The notes under the pieces: generated by a model | The model's database searches: none | What the model was told of the DNA's origin: nothing | The model's input: only the letters and a program-made list of their open reading frames with translations | Shown: piece by piece, positions 10,206-15,354 of the stretch | How the letters are laid out: the number at the start of each line of letters is the position of its first letter | Position numbering within the stretch: the stretch's first letter is position 1 | Source: Paraspadella gotoi | Taxonomy: Eukaryota > Animalia > Chaetognatha | Reading direction: 5' to 3' | Length of the DNA stretch: 15,354 nucleotides | Assembly: GCA_051294375.1 (NCBI GenBank) | Contig: JBJCIZ010000921.1 | Coordinates: 1-15,354, forward strand | Made by a program: the position numbers and the translations under genes

Positions 10206-10312
10206 TTTAGTATAAAGCAATTTGTAGTAAGAAAAATAATTCGTCCGTAAATATTGAAATACTGGCAAATAAAAATAAATGTTAATCCTACTATGAATTG
10301 CTTTATACTAAA
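10206..10312. repeat. 26-bp inverted repeat with 55-nt spacer, intergenic
   Basis: TTTAGTATAAAGCAATTTGTAGTAAG (10206-10231) versus CCTACTATGAATTGCTTTATACTAAA (10287-10312): 23/26 complementary, outer 17 bp perfect. Confidence 0.85.
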
Positions 10313-10466
10313 AGATTTATAATTTTATGACAAATCGAAATTTGTTCTCAAAATTTAAAATAAAAAAACACTTAGAAATTTTGATAAAATATAGGGATAA
10401 TAAATACTATGTACAAAATAAGCTACCATAAATAAAAAATTATAATAAATACAGATTTATATTAAT

Positions 10467-12300
10467 TTAAAAGATAGTTCCCGAGATATCATTGCTAATT
10501 TTATTTTCAAAACTTTTACTTTGCCCTCTTAAAGATGCCTTTCCACTGTCTGTCCTAAGACTCGTCTTAAGGGCTGTGCGAGTTAAATCATTTTGTCTGA
10601 ACCATGAATATTCCCGTTTTAACCTAAATGTGACGGTTAAAGAAATCCAGTGTCAGGAGGTAACTATGGGTCCACAGCCCCTAAACAAGTTGGTCAGATA
10701 CCCCCCCTCGGATATCACAGGCTGTCCTATAAGTATTAAGCCCTTTGCCCATACATGGAGTTGCTTCACACTGACACAACTAAAGGTATGTAACTTAAGG
10801 TATGTCTAACATGGCTCTATCTTTCTATCCTTTCACTATAGCCGCAAAATCAATACCCTCATTTGGACAGAAGTCAGGACCCTGCACAGCAATGATTTCT
10901 AACAAGGCTCTAAAATCTAATAGTTATTTTTTTAATATTAGTTTGTACATAGGAATCTTGTAATTTTTTATTCTAAAAGCACATTCAGACAGTTGAAAAG
11001 TTTAAAGTTAAAAAGTTGTTCTTACAAAGTATAGATTACAAGACTACAAAATTACAAGAGGCTACTTTTTTTGCACAGCAGCGTATTAACATTTTTTTAC
11101 AATTGTCTGCTTTGTAGGTAGGATCTAATGCATCCAGGTTCTCCATGTTACTTCTACAAGACCTTGCTGTACTTATTTATTCATTATCATGCAATAATTC
11201 AAAGTATACTTCATCATCTTCTGTTATGTCTTCAATATTTTCCAATTCTTGTTGACTATAAATATGAGTTATTTTTTCACCAAGCTTGGCAATTTCATTT
11301 TGTAAAGCTACTTCAGCTGATCTAAAAAAAAAATTAAAGACTTTAGGCCTGAACTTAAGTGGAATTTTTAACATTGTGACATTTATCTATCGATGAAGTA
11401 AATAGTCAAAATAAAACCCATCTTCCAGACAGTGGCGAAGGGCAACATAAAAGGGTCATTCCAAAGGATGTTCTCTGGGGACGTACAAAAAAGTTACACC
11501 CATGTTTGCTCATTGGGGAATGGTTTCTTTGGCACTTAGCGGCAACCATATGGTAGATCCACTCAGGGCCAAAAAACCGCTATCCCCTCTGTTTTCCACC
11601 TTCTTTAATCAATATTTTACTTTACATTGCTTTTATTTTGCTATCTGTATCTTTTAATAAAGTTTTCTCTTTCTCTCTCTTTTCTCCCTATTTTCTCCAT
11701 CTCTATTTTTAAGTTATTAGATAACATTTTAAAGAATTTGCAGGTTAGAATTGTATTGGTCCTATTAGCTACATGTATTTTAAACTATTTCCCTGGAGAA
11801 AACCTTGGGGTTGCCCGAGGTTAGTTTTGCTCTGAAAGAGTTAGTGTTTGAATGGTGATGAACTACCACTAACCCTGATGGTTGTGGTTTAAAAATTAGA
11901 TTTACTCGACATTTGTGTGTGGGCGGGGTTGTTTTATTTCTAACCTGAAACCCTATCGTTTTTAGAAAAACAATTTTGAAAATCTTTTCTAAACAAGCTC
12001 ACTAATCACCTGGGATAACCTAAAAATTATTTTGGTCATACCTTGACATGATAGATCCAGGTTCACTATATCCAAACACAAACATAGAAAAAATTATATA
12101 ATCCATCTCTTTCAATGTTGAAGCCCAAAAAATAGCCTTGTAGCAACTTATTAAAAACGCACGTTCTTTTTTTCTTGATTTTTCAATAACCGCTGCCACA
12201 TTATATTTCATGATAGCGGCCATATAATGGCTGTAATCTGAATTTGATAAATGTAGTTAATCATTGTTATAATAAAATTTAGAAAAAAATATATATGCTA
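10467..12300 (-). CDS. 3' part of a spliced Mutator/Foldback (NOF-like) DDE transposase
   Basis: TTFIK(F/L)-DYSHYMAAI (DxxH at 12227-12238; one indel assumed) is followed by RAFLISCYKAIFWASTLKEMDYIIFSMFVFGYSE. Then PFYVALRHCLEDGFYFDYLLHR..KIPL|SA (~11310-11450) and QQGLVEVTWRTWMH.ILPTK with a candidate catalytic Glu at 11152-11154. The last coding block ends LKREYSWFRQ..NDISGTIF* (stop 10467-10469). Motif order matches NOF-type MULE transposases as recalled (T.IR.D.AH; FY..CI..L....T..E...I.......SE; NPFY..PLWS; T...VE..F..LK..IL). Confidence 0.6.
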
Positions 12301-12388
12301 AGTTGATTGAGTAATACTAATTGATTGAGTGTATAGTAATTTATTGATGTATAGGATTGATTATTGATTCGATTGATAATTAATTTAT

Positions 12389-12475
12389 TATGCGATGATA
12401 GTCATTCCACTGCTTGATGAATAGTTCATTCAGTGATGCGCATGATTGTCATTCAATTGATGCGATGATTGTCAT
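12389..12475. repeat. Short tandem repeat, ~22-bp unit TGATGCGATGAT(A/T)GTCATTCA, ~4 copies
   Basis: tgcgatgatagtcattc, tgatgaatagttcattca, tgatgcgcatgattgtcattca and tgatgcgatgattgtcat occur in tandem. Confidence 0.8.
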
Positions 12476-12538
12476 ATGCTTATTTTTGATTGCGTAGTGA
12501 TATCAGGTTCAATAAAACAAACAAATGCGTGTATGAGT

Positions 12539-13280
12539 GAAAGAGAGAGAGAGAGAGAGAGAGGAGAGAAGAGAGAGAGAGAGAGAGAGAGAAGAGAAAG
12601 AAGAAGGAGACGAGAGAGAAAGGGAGAAGAGAGAGAAAGAAAGAGAATAAATCCACGAAAATCTCGGATGAAAATAGGGATTTTGTATTTGAAAAAAGCG
12701 CGGGAATATAATGGCCAATAATAAAAAGTTTTAGAAGAAAAAAATAATAGAATTTTTCAAAAAACAATACGATACACGCAAAAGATCGGAGCAGATAGGG
12801 GAACAGACACACAGCAGAGAACAGAGAGACAGAGAGAGAGAGAGAAGAAAAGAGAGAGAGAGAGAGACAGCCCTGCGCAGCAGGAAAAGAGAAGAAAGAG
12901 GAAACGAACCGATCATATAACTTTAGATTAAAAGATGAGAGGAGATGAGAAGCTCTACAGCCCTTTACCTCGTGTAAGAATCTAGTGCAAGTACTCTATG
13001 GCGCCCGCAACGTAGCGTGACGCTATCTCTACCCGAAGACTGCCGGGTTTCCGGCGCCCTGAGTCGGTATGGGCTAATCGTTTTTTTACATTAGTGAACC
13101 CACATTATATCTAAAAAATTTTTTGTAAAAAAAAAAAAGAGAGAGAGAGAGATGAGAGAGAGATATGAGAAAGAAGCGACAGATAGCGATAGACAGGGAC
13201 GCTGTTGCAAGAGCCGGGAAAGCTCGTTTTTATTTTTTTAGGAAGAGTGAGCAGAGGAGAAGAAAGAAGAGAGAGAGATG
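12539..13280 (+). repeat. Clustered (GA)n / polypurine tracts (12539-12647, ~12812-12904, ~13126-13280)
   Basis: Directly visible GAGAGA runs with nearly all purines on the plus strand. Confidence 0.95.
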
Positions 13281-13691
13281 ATGAGCGACATATAATTTAA
13301 AAACGTTTTTGTTTCTGTAAATAAAACATAAACAATAACGAAATTATTGACTTAGAAACATGAGAATTTAATAGGATCTTGATGATTAGAAGCCATATAT
13401 GAATCAACTCCCTAGTGATATCGACACTTTCAGAAGCCTAATGATTGCAAAAAGCCGAAGACCGAAACTAAAACCGAAAAAAATCGAGACAGGGGAACGG
13501 GGCTTTGCCCGCTGGCTGCGATAATAGAGGATATATTGTTTTTTGATAAATGTAAATAAAACATTTAATACTTGTCCTACTCAATTTTAAGGACATCGAT
13601 ATGATGACGCAAGTCGCCTGAAATTACTAAGTATATATTAAATTACTTACTTAATTAAATTAAATTTCTATTAATAATTTAGATTTAATCT

Positions 13692-13732
13692 ATTAATTAA
13701 TTAATTAATTAATTAATCAATTAATTAATTAA
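13692..13732. repeat. (TTAA)n microsatellite
   Basis: attaattaattaattaattaattaatcaattaattaattaa, about 65 bp upstream of the satellite array. Confidence 0.9.
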
Positions 13733-13795
13733 TATCGTAGGCAGATCCGACATTCGTTTGCTCAAACTTGTTAATACTTAATTACATATTTTAAT

Positions 13796-14866
13796 CAATC
13801 AACTCCTAAATCGGTTTCCTTTTAAATATCATTTTTCCTTTTTAAAAATTCAGTTTTTTACTCTTTTAAATATCATCACTTTTTTAAATATCATCAACTC
13901 CTTAATCCGGTTTTCCTTTTAAAATATCACGGTCTTTTTTTAAATATCAATTTCTCCAGCATACACTATATCCGTCTTTACTTTTAAAATAATCATCATG
14001 TTTTAAATATCAGTAGACTACTAAACGGTTTCCTTTTAAATATCATTTTTCCAAAGATTAACTATCACTTCGGTTTTTACTTTGTATACTATCATCCTTA
14101 TCTGTGTAATTCATCAACTCCTAACATCGGTTTCCTTTTAAATATTCATCTTTTTTTAAATATTTCATTTTACTTTAAAATATCATCATTTTTTAATTAT
14201 CAGGTAACTCCCTAAATCGTTTCCTTTTAAATATCATTTTTCAAATAACTATTCATCGCGTTTTTTACTTTTAACTATCATCCTTTTTTAAATTTATCAT
14301 CAACTCTAAATCGGCTTTTCCTTTAAATAACATCTTTTTTTTAATATCATTTTACTTTTAAATGTAGTCATTTTTTAAATCAGTAACCTTCCTAAATCGT
14401 CCAAATATCATTTTTGCCCATACACAAAACCGTGTTTACTTTTAAACTATCATCACTAAATATCACAACACCTAAACAATCCATTAAATATCATTCTTCA
14501 AATAAACTATCATCCCGTGTTTTACTTTTTAAATACATTCATTTAATAAGTCATTCAACTAAAAATCGTGTTCCCTTTAAATATCATGCTTTTTTAAATA
14601 CATACTTTTAAATATCATCATTTTAAATACAGTACTCCTAAATCGTTTCCTTATAATATTCATTCTCCAAATAACTATCATCGATTTTTTACTTTTAACT
14701 ATTCATCCTTTAAATATCATCAACTAATCCTAAATCGTTCCCTTTTAAATATCATTTTTTTTAAATATCATTTTTACTTTGTAATATCATTCATCACTTT
14801 TAATATCATCAACTCCTAAATCGGTTTTCCTTTTAAAGATCGGTCTTTTTTTTAAATATTCATTTT
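13796..14866. repeat. Second array of the same ~90-bp satellite (~12 monomers), same orientation as 1-1880
   Basis: AACTCCTAAATCGGTTTCCTTTTAAATATCAT-like starts at about 13801, 13896, 14016, 14116, 14206, 14302, 14385, 14467, 14557, 14633, 14722 and 14811. Confidence 0.95.
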
Positions 14867-15240
14867 GACAACTTTATTTGACAATGTCATTAAAAAATTA
14901 AACAAGTGACTAGGAGACGGCCAAACATTGCTAAATTGTATGTTGTTTGATCGTGTTTGTGTTTAAAAAAAATGTTTTCTCGTTTATTGTATGTTGTATG
15001 AATATGTAAAAAAATTCTTCAATAGAACACTGTTTATTATAGGAAAATCAAACCTTGACTCTTCAACTTACCTTTGAAAAAGTATCCGGTAGAGGGAGGC
15101 ACAAAATTTTCTACCATGTTTGGTAACCGTTTTTTCATTTGTAACAACTTCTGCCACTTTATCTTGAGGACCACTAGTCAAGCATGTCTACTAATGAAAA
15201 TTCTATGTAACCAAGCAGACGTTTCTCTCTGTCTTCTTAA
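14867..15240 (-). CDS. Upstream exons of the same NOF-like transposase (RNase H-fold core); gene probably continues beyond the window
   Basis: Minus strand, with frame slips: EDREKRLLGYIEFSLVDML..GPQD-KVAEVVTNEKTVT-NMVENFVPPSTGYFFK, donor GTAAGT at ~15070, then NVWPSPSHLFNFLM. This resembles the recalled NOF-type KRILYY..PVAEFIT..HT...I..FL..P...VTD order. The catalytic Asp residues are not cleanly readable. Confidence 0.45.
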
Positions 15241-15354
15241 AAACAGTATATAAGAAAGAACTAAACAACAAATCTGGTATAAAAAATAACTATTATAAAA
15301 TTACTTATTAGATAAAAAATCTGTCAATGTTTTTTCTTTTTATAAAAAAGACAA

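Larger units (their letters stand above)
12300..14866. mobile_element. Composite non-coding repeat unit interrupting the transposase gene (non-autonomous element-like)
   Basis: Transposase-like coding signal stops at ~14870 and resumes at ~12300. Between lie ATTGA-rich repeats, ~22-bp repeats, three GA tracts, a GC-rich hairpin island, (TTAA)n and a satellite array. No clear TIR or TSD was seen. Confidence 0.5.

Noticed and set aside
9708-11824. Plus-strand ORFs 9708-9953, 10492-10809, 11128-11325 and 11627-11824
   Set aside because: They are antisense shadows of minus-strand exons, which carry the splice signals and motifs.
7362-12300. Maverick/Polinton or BEL/Pao element as the local carrier of the envelope-like gene
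   Set aside because: No recognisable pPolB, ATPase, capsid, RT or retroviral-type integrase in the window, and the neighbouring genes are spliced. Such elements remain plausible original donors.
12476-12916. RE-rich and SL-rich ORFs on both strands
   Set aside because: They are translations of (GA)n microsatellites.
12999-13016. TGGCGCCC as a tRNA-Lys primer-binding site of an LTR element
   Set aside because: Only 8 nt match cleanly, there is no adjacent LTR end or gag/pol, and it is about 4.5 kb from the envelope-like gene.
13438-13468. CTAATGA-TTGC-AAAAA-GCC-GAAG as another hammerhead
   Set aside because: It has two core mismatches, a weak stem II and no stem III/UH site; the surrounding ACCGAA repeats explain it as well.
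1-14866. Satellite arrays as Foldback-type terminal inverted repeats of the transposon
   Set aside because: The arrays are in direct orientation, and the right array lies inside the transposase gene.
13796-14866. CRISPR array
   Set aside because: No unique spacers, the whole monomer repeats, the context is eukaryotic and no cas genes are present.

Overview
Very AT-rich eukaryotic genomic DNA with short GT-AG introns. The style suggests an invertebrate, probably a nematode (inference only). Pervasive 1-nt indels look like unpolished long-read consensus and break most reading frames. From left to right: (1) a satellite array of ~90-bp monomers (1-1880); (2) a multi-exon minus-strand gene for an unrecognised, possibly secreted protein (~1982-5790), with small repeat elements in its introns; (3) three co-oriented minus-strand genes: an apparently intronless type I membrane glycoprotein resembling a shortened herpesvirus gB/chuvirus-type class III envelope protein (~7362-8547), a spliced probable BEN-domain gene (~8805-9995), and a spliced Mutator/Foldback (NOF-like) DDE transposase (10467 to at least 15230). 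A ~2.6-kb composite repeat unit (12300-14866) splits the transposase; it contains GA tracts, a GC-rich structured island, (TTAA)n and a second copy of the same satellite. Three intronic copies of a small element carry degenerate minimal hammerhead-ribozyme motifs of the Penelope type, with covarying stem II. The best candidate for a new system is a cut-and-paste DNA transposon carrying a BEN accessory gene and a captured, miniaturised viral envelope gene. All protein family calls come from manual motif recognition, not database searches.
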